NCBI GenBank assembly: GCA_965208125.1
Contig: OZ242320.1
Span: 1,856,001 to 1,920,000, forward strand
Direction: 5' to 3'
Length of the DNA: 64,000 nt
From: Candidatus Latescibacterota bacterium
Lineage (GTDB): Bacteria > Latescibacterota > UBA2968
A program made the position numbers and the translations under genes. Numbering within the stretch: position 1 is the first letter of the stretch; the number at the start of each line of letters is the position of its first letter. The notes beneath the pieces are model-generated. The model was not told where the DNA came from, did not search any database, and saw only the letters and a program-made list of their open reading frames with translations. This document shows, piece by piece, positions 18,502 through 28,190 of this stretch.

Positions 18502-20073
18502 ATGAAACGCTTCTATCTGTTGATCTCATGTATCGCCATTGTCTTCATATCCACCCAAAACACCCGGGTCCTTGCTCAAGAAACGACGAAGCCATCCAGA
18601 CCCACTCTGAAAGTTGTAGCCTCTCCAACAGACGCCATCATCGCCATATCTTACACTATTCCCGAATCTTCTTTTGTCAACCTGAGCATATCGGGCACGG
18701 TTGGCGGCGTAATTGCCATCCCCGTATATGAGCCTCGTATCCCAGGGGAATACACAGTCAAACTCAATAAGAACCATTGGCCGCAAGAGGTCTATACCAT
18801 CTCCGTTGTTTTAAACCATGATCGGAAAAGGCGCAGAGCCAGACGCTTTACCCATCATGCGCCCGACAGGCAAATAGCTTCAGATGAACAACTTCAGCAA
18901 GTATGGATCCAGGCTATATCAAGCATGAGATTTGATCCCGAAACTTCCGTAAAACACTGGGAAACACTGCTCGAAAACACAGATTATGAAAATCGCGGCG
19001 CGGCATTTCTCTATTCTTGCGGACCATTGCTGAAAGTGGCGGATAGTATGCGCGTGCATGCTCAGATAGACAGCGCGGTAAAGTGGGTCCCCCGTTCCAG
19101 TGTTTATAAAGTTATCGCCAGGATCATGAACGGTCAGGAAGTACCGTCCTCGTATGGCGATGTGAAATTATACCCATCTACCGCACTGAAATACGCAAAG
19201 AAAGCAATCGCTTCTGCCGATGATATTCCCCTACCGCACCGCAACCATGCCCTTTGCGACTACTATCGCGTTTTGGGACATTCTTATCTCGCTGCAGAGC
19301 AACCCAATGACGCAGAGATAGCATTTCAGAAAGTACTGTCCCTCTTCGGAGAACTTCCTGAGCATCACACACTTGTAAAAAATAAATGGGATGGTATCGT
19401 CTTAAAAGACCTGGGAATGGTAAAAACGCTCAAACGCGATTACGATGGCGCACTGCAATTATATTCAGATGCACTTGTCAAAAATCCTTGGGATACCGAC
19501 CTCTGGAATATGCTTCAGCGCGTTTACACCCTTCGGCATGGCACGGACGAAGGGTATCGCGCATTTGCGACGCGCCTCGAACAGAGACTTCCCTCAAAAA
19601 ACAAGGCAGATACACGCTCAATTATCGGCAGGGATTTTCCAGATTTCTCATTGAAAACCATCGAAGGCGAAACCATTAACTTTGCCGATTTGAAGGGCCA
19701 GGTCGTCGTCGTGAACTTCTGGGGATCCTGGTGCGGGCCGTGCATTCCAGAACTGTCGAAGTTAGAAAAAATCCATAGCGAATATAGCGATGCGCCCGTC
19801 AAAGTAATCGCCATCCACGACATGTTCAGACGGGGAATCTTCAAAGATTATTTATCTACGATCCAAAAAATTGCAGAACAGACGAACATCTCCTTTCCAA
19901 TGCTTTACGACACAAAGGAAGTAAACATAGCAGGCAGGAGTGATATTCGGCATACGCCAACGACACTCATAATAGATAAGGAAGGCAAAATTCAATATGA
20001 GGAAATGGGTTATGTTGAGACCCGGTTCTTACCCCAGGTAAAGGCAATAATCGAAAAACTGATCGCTGGATAA
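18502..20073 (+). CDS. Exported TPR + TlpA/ResA-like redoxin protein
   Basis: Signal peptide, TPR-like helices, C-terminal PDFSLKT..VNFWGSWCGPC..TPTTLIIDKEG. Confidence 0.85.
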   Translation: MKRFYLLISCIAIVFISTQNTRVLAQETTKPSRPTLKVVASPTDAIIAISYTIPESSFVNLSISGTVGGVIAIPVYEPRIPGEYTVKLNKNHWPQEVYTISVVLNHDRKRRRARRFTHHAPDRQIASDEQLQQVWIQAISSMRFDPETSVKHWETLLENTDYENRGAAFLYSCGPLLKVADSMRVHAQIDSAVKWVPRSSVYKVIARIMNGQEVPSSYGDVKLYPSTALKYAKKAIASADDIPLPHRNHALCDYYRVLGHSYLAAEQPNDAEIAFQKVLSLFGELPEHHTLVKNKWDGIVLKDLGMVKTLKRDYDGALQLYSDALVKNPWDTDLWNMLQRVYTLRHGTDEGYRAFATRLEQRLPSKNKADTRSIIGRDFPDFSLKTIEGETINFADLKGQVVVVNFWGSWCGPCIPELSKLEKIHSEYSDAPVKVIAIHDMFRRGIFKDYLSTIQKIAEQTNISFPMLYDTKEVNIAGRSDIRHTPTTLIIDKEGKIQYEEMGYVETRFLPQVKAIIEKLIAG

Positions 20074-20103
20074 AAAACCAATTCCAGAAGTGAGGAATAG
20101 TCG

Positions 20104-20487
20104 ATGAATTTTGAATTAGACCCCAGAAGTGGTATCCCTTTCTATCGCCAGATCATTGACCAGATTCGTTATGGCATTGCTGCTGGCAAATTGAACGTAG
20201 GTGACCAACTGCCCACCGTTCGCGCTCTGGCCGTAGAACTCAAGGTCAATCTCAACACCATCAGCAAAGCCTATCGGGAACTGGAAATTAAAAACATTCT
20301 GGAAACCCAGCAGGGTTCAGGAACGTTTATCGCGCCAGTAAAAGTAGAGATTCCCGACAACGAAAAAGAAAAAAAGCTGACTGGTATATGCAACGAATTC
20401 CAGAGCATTGCCTCGGCCTACGGATTCAACCTTGCAGACTTGATCAAAGAACTACAACAACGACAAGGAGCAAATCATGAACGCTAA
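20104..20487 (+). CDS. GntR family regulator, YtrA subfamily
   Basis: PFYRQI, GDQLPTVRALA, VNLNTISKAYREL, GSGTFI; short C-terminal domain. Confidence 0.93.
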   Translation: MNFELDPRSGIPFYRQIIDQIRYGIAAGKLNVGDQLPTVRALAVELKVNLNTISKAYRELEIKNILETQQGSGTFIAPVKVEIPDNEKEKKLTGICNEFQSIASAYGFNLADLIKELQQRQGANHER

Positions 20488-21388
20488 AATTCCTCTGAAC
20501 AAGCATATCAATCTCGTCTCGATCTTCATTTTCCTCATCCTCACACTGGCAAACGCAATCCTGTTCTATACGGACCTGATTTCTTTAACCATTGCCCTGA
20601 TCGGACTGGCTGCTACGCTATTCATTGCCGCCACATTGAAAATCTCTGACCAGTGGGAAAAAGCCGTGGTCTTGCGTATGGGAAAATTTATTGGATTAAA
20701 AGGTCCGGGTTGGTTTCTCATCATTCCCATCATCGACCGGGTCGATAAATATATCGACCAGCGAGTCCGGGTTACTGACATTAGAGCCGACTCTACCCTG
20801 ACAAAAGACACTGTCCCGGTCAATGTCGATGCCGTCGTCTATTGGACCGTGTGGGATGCTGAAAAAGCCGCCCTCGAAGTTCAGGAATATGAATACGCCG
20901 TTTCACTCGTCTCCCGGACTGGTCTGCGCGACATCATCGGCAAACACGAATTGGCAGATCTCCTGCAAAATCGAGAAAAGATCGCCGAGGCATTGCAACA
21001 GGCCCTCGACGAAACGACCAGTTCCTGGGGTATCACCTGTCAAAGTGTAGGCATCAAAGACATTGTTATACCAAACGACCTTGCAGACGCCATGAGCAAG
21101 CAAGCCCAGGCAGAAAGAGAACGCCAGGCCCGGATCATCCTGGGCACAGCCGAAACCGAAATCTCAGAAAAATTCTCTCAGGCCAGCGAAAACTACCACA
21201 ATAATCCCGTTGCCCTGCAACTGCGCGGTATGAACATGCTCTTTGAAGGACTCAAAGAAAAAGGATCTCTGGTAATCGTACCGAGTTCTGCCCTGGAATC
21301 GATGAACCTGGGGGCCATTGGTGGACTGACAGCCCTTGCCGAGCAAAACACAAACGAAACGCCCGACCCGACTGAAAAAACGGCTTAA
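20477..21388 (+). CDS. SPFH/stomatin-like (slipin) membrane protein
   Basis: QWEKAVVLRMG, LTKDTVPVNVDAV, QAQAERERQAR, ALQLR. Confidence 0.93.
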   Translation: MNAKIPLNKHINLVSIFIFLILTLANAILFYTDLISLTIALIGLAATLFIAATLKISDQWEKAVVLRMGKFIGLKGPGWFLIIPIIDRVDKYIDQRVRVTDIRADSTLTKDTVPVNVDAVVYWTVWDAEKAALEVQEYEYAVSLVSRTGLRDIIGKHELADLLQNREKIAEALQQALDETTSSWGITCQSVGIKDIVIPNDLADAMSKQAQAERERQARIILGTAETEISEKFSQASENYHNNPVALQLRGMNMLFEGLKEKGSLVIVPSSALESMNLGAIGGLTALAEQNTNETPDPTEKTA

Positions 21389-21402
21389 ACGCCATCAGGA
21401 AC

Positions 21403-21431
21403 AAAAAAAGCCGCTCAAACGAGCGGCTTTT
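21403..21431. terminator. Bidirectional intrinsic terminator
   Basis: aaaaaaagccgctc-aaac-gagcggctttt between convergent genes. Confidence 0.85.
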
Positions 21432-21448
21432 GCATTAGGAAAGCTGAA

Positions 21449-22279
21449 TCACTCCACTCGAAAAACCACAGAATCCGCGGCCATAGAAGCGAACAACCCA
21501 ATCCCCCCCTTCACATGAAACTGCGGCTCATCCAACGCCGCCTCATCCTGCGCGCTCGAAATCAAATAATCGCCGTAATTCCCATCCAGCGCATAGACCG
21601 CAAATGAATATATACCATAATACGAAAACTGTCTCGGATTCAGGGTCAACGAGCGCCCCTGCAAAAAACGCCATTGATCTGCCCGGGCAATACTATCCCG
21701 CAGTGCGCCCAGCCCCGTGGTATCCGCTGCGCCACCAAAACCCCCACCAAATCTTCCAAACTGAGTCGCCAGCGGAATTTGCTCCAAAAGCTCCACAGAC
21801 TTGCGCGTCGTAACATACCCCCCCTTTGTCTCCCCCTCCCAGGTAACCCGATACGCATCGCCGCCAATCAGCAACGAAGACGCACCTGAAACTTGCGGTG
21901 CAACCGGCACAGTCGTCTGCGCTGTCGCCGTACCCAACCCCGTCGTAACAGACAGATGATAGGTCTTACCCGACTCAACAATCAGATCCGGTTGCTCGTA
22001 ATAACCCGGCCTATCCACCACAGGTGACAACTCGTACGACACCTCATCCACCTCAATCGTCACCAGCGCATCGGACAGCGCACTCGCCTCCCGATCATAC
22101 ACACTGGAAAGCGGCATCGTTGTACCCACAAACAAATCGGACACAGGACTCCCCGCCCGCAAATAACCCTCGATATAAACCGTCTCTCGAAACTCCCCCA
22201 ATGACTCAGTCGGCGCCGTGCTACAACCCCCAGCACCAAGACCGAGAACAAAACAAAATATCCATTGTACCTTTTTCAT
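21449..22279 (-). CDS. Lipoprotein partner of TonB receptor (DUF4249-like)
   Basis: Lipobox AGGC, YIEGYL, GKTYHL, C-terminal HVKGGIGLFAS; follows the TonB receptor. Confidence 0.75.
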   Translation of the reverse strand: MKKVQWIFCFVLGLGAGGCSTAPTESLGEFRETVYIEGYLRAGSPVSDLFVGTTMPLSSVYDREASALSDALVTIEVDEVSYELSPVVDRPGYYEQPDLIVESGKTYHLSVTTGLGTATAQTTVPVAPQVSGASSLLIGGDAYRVTWEGETKGGYVTTRKSVELLEQIPLATQFGRFGGGFGGAADTTGLGALRDSIARADQWRFLQGRSLTLNPRQFSYYGIYSFAVYALDGNYGDYLISSAQDEAALDEPQFHVKGGIGLFASMAADSVVFRVE

Positions 22280-22326
22280 CACAAACTCCTCTGCATTAAT
22301 ATCGCAATAACGGGCAACCACGTGGG

Positions 22327-22352
22327 AGGGCGGGTTTAAAACCCGCCCCTAC
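22327..22352. repeat. GTAG-type REP palindrome
   Basis: agggcgggtttaaaacccgcccctac. Confidence 0.7.
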
Positions 22353-22403
22353 AATCAGACGAATGATTTTTCACCCTATGTTTTATCTGTGTCCATCTGC
22401 GGA

Positions 22404-24848
22404 TCACATATTAAAACGAAAACCAACACTCGGCAAAATCGGCTGAAGAAGCACATCCTGCACCTGAATCTCCGGCTCAGTCGCATCAAACGAGCGATAC
22501 CACACATTGCGTCGATTATAGACATTGAACACACTGAACACCAACTGCCCACCAACACTACCCCACCTGAAATCGCGCGTAATACCCAGATCCATGCGGT
22601 GATAAGCCGGCAACCGATAGGCATTCTTTTCCGACACATGCACATAGGGAATGGACTGTCCCGTCGGCTGCTGCACCTCATAGCGCGCCTCCGGAAGCGT
22701 ATATGCCTGCCCCGTGCCATAAACCCAATTGGCATTCAAATTCCAGCCCCTGCCCAGATAATAATCCGTCACAACAGAAACATCGTGTCGCCGGTCGTAC
22801 TTTGGCGGAAACGGATTGCCCTGGTTCAAAGCGTCAAAAGTGTGCTCTGTCTTACTCAACGTATAGCCAATCCAACCCTTCAAACGCCCCTCTGTCTTGC
22901 GAAGCAAAAACTCGCCACCATAAGATCTTCCCGAACCCGTGGCGAACAAATCAGACAGCGGCGTCGAATCACTCAGACGAACCTGGGACTGAAACTCCAC
23001 CAGATCATCCATATCCTTATAATAAAACTCCAGATCAATCTGCCAGGCATCACCCGGCGTCAACATAAGGCCAAACGCATTGTGAACAGCTTTGCCAGGT
23101 GTCAAAGTCTCATCCACCGGCAGCCACATATCCGTCGTATAAGTATTGGCCTCAATCGAAATCAAATTGACAAACTGGTGATAAATGCCCCAACCGCCCT
23201 TAAACGCGATCCTATCATCCAATTGAAACAACCCCGCCACGCGCGGAGACCATCGGGTATAATTGCCACTCTGGAAATGACTCACGCGCACCCCAGGCGT
23301 CAACTCCAGACGCCCCCAGCGCATCGTATGCTCGAGAAAACCCGTCTGATAAAAAGACGACGTATTAATCTCTGACCGGATCGAATCTCCCACGCCCTGC
23401 TTGTAAAAAGCGTCATACGATGTAAACTGGGCACCTGCGCGCGTCGTGTGAAAAGGACCCGAATAGAGATCAAACGTCAACTTTGCCGTCAAATCATTCA
23501 ACTCATTATTGCGATTCAATCCAAAACCGCGCCGCCCGCCTCCACCTTCCCCGGTCTGCCCGCTATTGGCAGCCTCGTTTTGATTGGTCGCAACATCAAA
23601 ATTGGATATATAACGACTCGCCGAAACCTGCACATTGCCGATCAAATTATCCGTGTATAGATGCAACCACTTAAACCGCGCAATCCGATTGCCCCAATCC
23701 ATAAGCTGATCGCGCGTCTGCTCTCGAAAAGACGGCAGCGACAGATTGAGCGCATCATTGCCCATATATCCACTCACCGAAACCCGGTCATTGTCAGACA
23801 CATCCAAATTGAACTTGAAATTTGTATCGTAGAACCCGTAATCCTGCCCAAAATCGCTCGTCTGCTGCTGAAAATTGAACCGCGCCTGCCCAAAGCGTCC
23901 CCCGCCTTGCCGTCCAAAGCCACCACCCCCAAATCCCCCCGGCCCACCGCCAGTAACCGGACCCGCGCCAATTGTGCCAATGCGCGTACTGAACATTTCA
24001 TCCACGATATGTTCAAAAAGAGGTGAATTTAAAACCTCTTGATACGTGCGCCGCCCCGAAAACATCCACGAACCGAGATCGCCCACAGGCCCGCCAACCG
24101 TCAACCCCGCACTGATCAAATCCATGGACGCCCGCGCATCAAAAGACTTTCTGTTGCCATCCAAATTTGTAATATCCAGCACACTCGACAGACGGTCGCC
24201 ATACCGCGCGGGAAACGTCCCCTTAATCAGTGTGACATCCTTCAATGCATCGGGATTAAACGTGCTAAAAAACCCAAACAAATGATTCGGATTATAGACC
24301 ACCACATCATCCAGCAGAATCAAATTTTGCCCCGGCGTGCCCCCGCGCACATACAAACCCGCGGAATTTTCACTCGCAGCCTGCACGCCTGGAAGCAATT
24401 GAATCCCGCGCATCAAATCGGGCTGACCCACCGTTGGAATGCGCGCTAACTCCGTCACCCGCGTACCAAATGCACTCACAGGCGTCACCTCAGTCGGCGC
24501 CACGCGCTCGCCTATGGCCTCAATCTCTTCCCTCATCAATTCCGCAGGCTCCAACTCAATCACAATCCGCGCAGTCTCACCCTGTATAACCACGACCTGA
24601 ACAGACCGGCTCTCATAGCCGATATAACTCGCCGAAACCCTGTGCAAACCCGGCGACAGATTCCCAATGACAAAATAACCGGCCTTATCTGTCGTAATAC
24701 CAATACTCAAACTATCGATCACAACATTGGCATTCGGCAACGTCTCGCCATTGGAAGCATCGCGCACCGTACCTCGCACCGCACCCTGACCATAAGCCTG
24801 TGTACTGATGGCAACACATACTAAAAACAACTGCACAATTCTCTTCAT
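22404..24848 (-). CDS. TonB-dependent receptor with N-terminal carboxypeptidase-regulatory-like domain
   Basis: Signal peptide, GTVRDASNGETLP, LLPGV, YVRGG..QNLILLD, C-terminal barrel ending VGFRFNM; start at MKRIVQ. Confidence 0.93.
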   Translation of the reverse strand: MKRIVQLFLVCVAISTQAYGQGAVRGTVRDASNGETLPNANVVIDSLSIGITTDKAGYFVIGNLSPGLHRVSASYIGYESRSVQVVVIQGETARIVIELEPAELMREEIEAIGERVAPTEVTPVSAFGTRVTELARIPTVGQPDLMRGIQLLPGVQAASENSAGLYVRGGTPGQNLILLDDVVVYNPNHLFGFFSTFNPDALKDVTLIKGTFPARYGDRLSSVLDITNLDGNRKSFDARASMDLISAGLTVGGPVGDLGSWMFSGRRTYQEVLNSPLFEHIVDEMFSTRIGTIGAGPVTGGGPGGFGGGGFGRQGGGRFGQARFNFQQQTSDFGQDYGFYDTNFKFNLDVSDNDRVSVSGYMGNDALNLSLPSFREQTRDQLMDWGNRIARFKWLHLYTDNLIGNVQVSASRYISNFDVATNQNEAANSGQTGEGGGGRRGFGLNRNNELNDLTAKLTFDLYSGPFHTTRAGAQFTSYDAFYKQGVGDSIRSEINTSSFYQTGFLEHTMRWGRLELTPGVRVSHFQSGNYTRWSPRVAGLFQLDDRIAFKGGWGIYHQFVNLISIEANTYTTDMWLPVDETLTPGKAVHNAFGLMLTPGDAWQIDLEFYYKDMDDLVEFQSQVRLSDSTPLSDLFATGSGRSYGGEFLLRKTEGRLKGWIGYTLSKTEHTFDALNQGNPFPPKYDRRHDVSVVTDYYLGRGWNLNANWVYGTGQAYTLPEARYEVQQPTGQSIPYVHVSEKNAYRLPAYHRMDLGITRDFRWGSVGGQLVFSVFNVYNRRNVWYRSFDATEPEIQVQDVLLQPILPSVGFRFNM

Positions 24849-24942
24849 GGTCTCTCCTTTTCCCCTCCCAGGACAGTGTGAAATAATCCTCCCTTCTGAC
24901 ATTTATTAGATTCACAGAAAGACCTTCCCGTTCCCCATTTTC

Positions 24943-24980
24943 TGTATGAAAATTGTTAAGATTCTGTTAAAGTCTGTAAA
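24943..24980 (-). promoter_or_regulatory. Direct-repeat array resembling a PhoP/OmpR-family binding site
   Basis: On the minus strand TTTACA, TTAACA, TTAACA, CATACA at 10-11 bp periodicity upstream of the TonB receptor. Confidence 0.5.
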
Positions 24981-24983
24981 ACA

Positions 24984-25014
24984 AAACGCGCCCATTGTTC
25001 AATGGACGCGCTTT
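24984..25014 (-). terminator. Probable intrinsic terminator
   Basis: aaacgcgcccatt-gttc-aatggacgcgcttt just downstream of the epimerase gene. Confidence 0.6.
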
Positions 25015-25038
25015 ATCGTTCAAGATGTAAAACTGCTC

Positions 25039-25842
25039 TTAGACCGTCGTCTGCAACTCTTTCAAATAACTCAGCGTATCGCGGATACTCGCCTCTGTCG
25101 TATCTGACGCGCCCTTCTCCACACACAGCGGACCTGCGTAATCTGCCGCATTCAGAATTTCCAAACACGTCTTCAAATCATACCCCATAGCTTTCCCATC
25201 CCGCTCCCACGCCTGCACCCCATCGTCACTGTAATTAAACACCTTAACATGGCATGAAAACGCGCGCGGTGCCAGCACGCGCATCCCCGCCTCCCAATCG
25301 CCATCGGGAAAATTTGCCGTATCTGGACAGGTACCAAACCAATCGGAATCCACCCCATCCAGAATCCGCTGCAAATTATCAGAAGACGACGACACACCCC
25401 CGTGATTCTCCACCAGCAGCTTCACATCCGCCTGCTCGCCCACAGCCACCAGTTCCCGATACCCCTCAATCACCCGGCTCATCGCCCCATCATCATCCGC
25501 GTGACCCGTATTAATCCGTATCGCCTCAGAACCCACAGCCGACGCCGTGTAAAACCACTGCTTCAACGCCTCCAGATCCGTGCGCCGCACAGCCTCATCA
25601 TCACCTGCAATATTGCCCATATCCACCGCGATATTGCGCACCGAAAGTCCATTATCAGCCAACCGATTCCGAAGCTCATTCAAATACCTCGCATCCTGAG
25701 ACTCAAAAAACCGCGAACACAACTCCACCGTCTCCACCCCATGCGCGGCACACACCTCGGGAAAATCGAGCAAAGTCAGCGACTTCTCCCGCAAAATTTC
25801 ACCACTGAGCACCCATCCGGCAATACCGACTTCGAGATCCAT
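25039..25842 (-). CDS. Sugar phosphate isomerase/epimerase (TIM barrel)
   Basis: VELC, IRINTG, LLVENHGG, CPDTANF, CHVK, LCVE; AGGAG RBS before MDLEV. Confidence 0.9.
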   Translation of the reverse strand: MDLEVGIAGWVLSGEILREKSLTLLDFPEVCAAHGVETVELCSRFFESQDARYLNELRNRLADNGLSVRNIAVDMGNIAGDDEAVRRTDLEALKQWFYTASAVGSEAIRINTGHADDDGAMSRVIEGYRELVAVGEQADVKLLVENHGGVSSSSDNLQRILDGVDSDWFGTCPDTANFPDGDWEAGMRVLAPRAFSCHVKVFNYSDDGVQAWERDGKAMGYDLKTCLEILNAADYAGPLCVEKGASDTTEASIRDTLSYLKELQTTV

Positions 25843-25941
25843 AGTCATTTCTCCTTTCATTGATACTATCGACACATTTGCCCCAAACACCTATATTTAC
25901 CATGTTATATCACATGCCCCCACAACACAAGGAGGTTTTGC

Positions 25942-27207
25942 GTGGAATCCGTTATCGGCATCATCTTAGGCGGTGGCGCGGGGTCACGCCTCTATCCCCT
26001 GACCAAATACCGCTCCAAACCCGCCGTTCCCATCGGCGGCAAATATCGCCTCATCGACATACCCATCAGCAACTGCCTGCACTCGGGCCTCACACGCATC
26101 TACGCCCTCACCCAATTCAACTCCGCCTCTCTCAACCGCCACATCGCCCAAACCTATCGCTTCGACGCCTTTTCAAACGGCTTTGTCGAAATCCTCGCCG
26201 CCGAACAAACCGAAGACCGCCTCGACTGGTATCAGGGCACAGCAGACGCGGTTCGCCAGCAACTCCGCCACTTCCTATCCTACCAGATAGATCAATACCT
26301 CATCCTCTCTGGCGACCACCTCTACCGCATGAACTACCGGGACTTCATCGCCGAACACCGCGAAAAAGGCGCAGACCTCACCATCGCAGTCAAACCCGTC
26401 ACACGAGAAATCGCGCCCGAACTCGGCATCCTCAAAGTAGATGACTCCGGACGCATCATCGACTTCGTAGAAAAACCGCAAACCGACGCCGAACTGGACG
26501 ACCTCAAACTCGACCCCGCACCTGGCAGCAACCCCGACGAAGCGTACATGGCCTCAATGGGCATATACGTCTTTGAAAAAGACAGCCTGAGAACACTCCT
26601 CGCGGAAAACAGCGGCGACGACTTTGGCAAACACATCATCCCCGCCGCCATCCACAGCCACAACGTCTATGCCCACCGATTCGAGGGATACTGGGAAGAC
26701 ATCGGCACCATCCGCGCCTTCTACGAAGCCAACCTCGCGCTCACAACCCCGGCGCCCCTCTTCACCTTTTATCAACCCGGCGCCCCCATCTACACCCACC
26801 CGCGCTACCTCGCCGCGACCAAACTGGATGGATGCCACCTCAAACAATGCAAAATCGGCGACGGCTCCGACATACAAGACGCAGAAATCGAGCATTCTGT
26901 CATCGGTATCCGCAGCATCGTTGGTCCCCGCGTCAATCTCACCAACACCGTCATGATGGGCGCTGACTTTTACGAAACCCCCGAAGACAGAAAACGCAAC
27001 CAACAAAAAGGCATCCCAAACGTAGGCATCGGTCCGGGATGCGTAATCGACAACGCAATCATCGACAAAAACGCGCGCATTGGGGAAAACGTCACCATCC
27101 TGAACGCAAAAAACATCCGCGAAGCAGAACGCGACGCCTACGCCATCCGAGACGGCATCGTCGTCATCACCAAAGACGCCATCATTCCTTCAGGGACAGT
27201 GATTTAG
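25942..27207 (+). CDS. glgC: Glucose-1-phosphate adenylyltransferase
   Basis: ILGGGAGSRLYPLT..RSKPAVP, WYQGTADAV, LSGDHLYRM, FVEKP, DFGK, YWEDIGT. Confidence 0.97.
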   Translation: MESVIGIILGGGAGSRLYPLTKYRSKPAVPIGGKYRLIDIPISNCLHSGLTRIYALTQFNSASLNRHIAQTYRFDAFSNGFVEILAAEQTEDRLDWYQGTADAVRQQLRHFLSYQIDQYLILSGDHLYRMNYRDFIAEHREKGADLTIAVKPVTREIAPELGILKVDDSGRIIDFVEKPQTDAELDDLKLDPAPGSNPDEAYMASMGIYVFEKDSLRTLLAENSGDDFGKHIIPAAIHSHNVYAHRFEGYWEDIGTIRAFYEANLALTTPAPLFTFYQPGAPIYTHPRYLAATKLDGCHLKQCKIGDGSDIQDAEIEHSVIGIRSIVGPRVNLTNTVMMGADFYETPEDRKRNQQKGIPNVGIGPGCVIDNAIIDKNARIGENVTILNAKNIREAERDAYAIRDGIVVITKDAIIPSGTVI

Positions 27208-27310
27208 GAAGTAAGAAGTAAGAAGTGAGAAGTGAGAAAACCACCCAACACCACCCCAGGGCGGGTGCTTTTTCACCTTTCACCCTTCACACTTCCTACT
27301 TCACACTTCA
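27208..27310. repeat. Inverted heptamer arrays around a terminator-like hairpin
   Basis: gaagtaa-gaagtaa-gaagtga-gaagtga ... ttcacac/ttcctac repeats between convergent genes. Confidence 0.75.
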
Positions 27311-28092
27311 CCCTGCTTTTGTGCAAACAGCCAGTCCCATACATTTTCGGTTTTGTCGCACTGATCGCTGGCAAAATGCGTGATAAATCCGCGTTGTGGG
27401 TCATCGCCTGTGTACGCAAATCCGTAAGCACTGGCATTGTGTCCCACGTCTTTTAATTCCGTATATTTGGTATTGGCATTCAGCGCGTTCAGCTGGCGAA
27501 AAGCGTCCCGGGTCAAGTCAACGGGTACGACTGCATCGGCATCGCCGTGAAATGTCCAGATGGGAACTTCTACAATACGGCTGATGTCATTCCAGGGTTC
27601 GCATCCGCCAGCAGAGGGAATCGCGGCAGCAAAACGACCGGGTTGTGCGCAGATAGCGTTCCAGGTACCAAAACCACCCATGGAATGCCCCAGCACATAG
27701 ATGCGGTCCTGATCAATTGGAAATTCATCGCATATCGCGTCCAGCAGATCAAAGGCTCTACCCAAATCACCCACTGAGAGATCATCACCCCGATCCAGCA
27801 ACCGCTTAACGCGCGCTTGCCAGATACCCGAGAGCGAGTCGATATATTCCTGTGTGACCTCGGGCATGGAATTGGGCACCAGCCAGCGCAGGGGCGTTTG
27901 AGGTGCAAGCACGAAGCAGGGATATTTGCGGCGATGTGTTTCATCTGCCAGTGGTGATTCGTTCCAGTGGCGCAGATTTTTTATATTATCCGTGCCCTTA
28001 CCTCCCGCACCGTGCAAGCTGAAGATAAGGGGATACGCTTTATCGGGATGATCTGCGATATCAATAGGTCTGAGGGAATAATGGGACGGCAC
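27301..28092 (-). CDS. Alpha/beta-hydrolase (predicted peptidase/esterase), probably 5'-truncated
   Basis: YPLIFSLHGAG, FVLAPQ, GHSMGG, FHGDAD, GH; the only start codon lies inside a REP with no RBS. Confidence 0.8.
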   Translation of the reverse strand: MPSHYSLRPIDIADHPDKAYPLIFSLHGAGGKGTDNIKNLRHWNESPLADETHRRKYPCFVLAPQTPLRWLVPNSMPEVTQEYIDSLSGIWQARVKRLLDRGDDLSVGDLGRAFDLLDAICDEFPIDQDRIYVLGHSMGGFGTWNAICAQPGRFAAAIPSAGGCEPWNDISRIVEVPIWTFHGDADAVVPVDLTRDAFRQLNALNANTKYTELKDVGHNASAYGFAYTGDDPQRGFITHFASDQCDKTENVWDWLFAQKQGEV

Positions 28093-28175
28093 AGGGGCCG
28101 TCCCCTACAATGATGTTGTGGTTTGTTGTAGGGACAACCCCCTGTGGTTGTCCTGCGACCCCCTGTGGTCGCCCG
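28083..28175. repeat. GTAG-type REP palindrome cluster
   Basis: Inverted near-copy of 4018-4107. Confidence 0.85.
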
Positions 28176-28190
28176 CTGACCGCTATGATT

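Noticed and set aside
22389-23375. Long antisense ORFs (also 3409-4176, 53451-54617, 56389-57300, 33720-34475)
   Set aside because: Shadow frames opposite well-supported genes, with no motifs; explained by codon bias.
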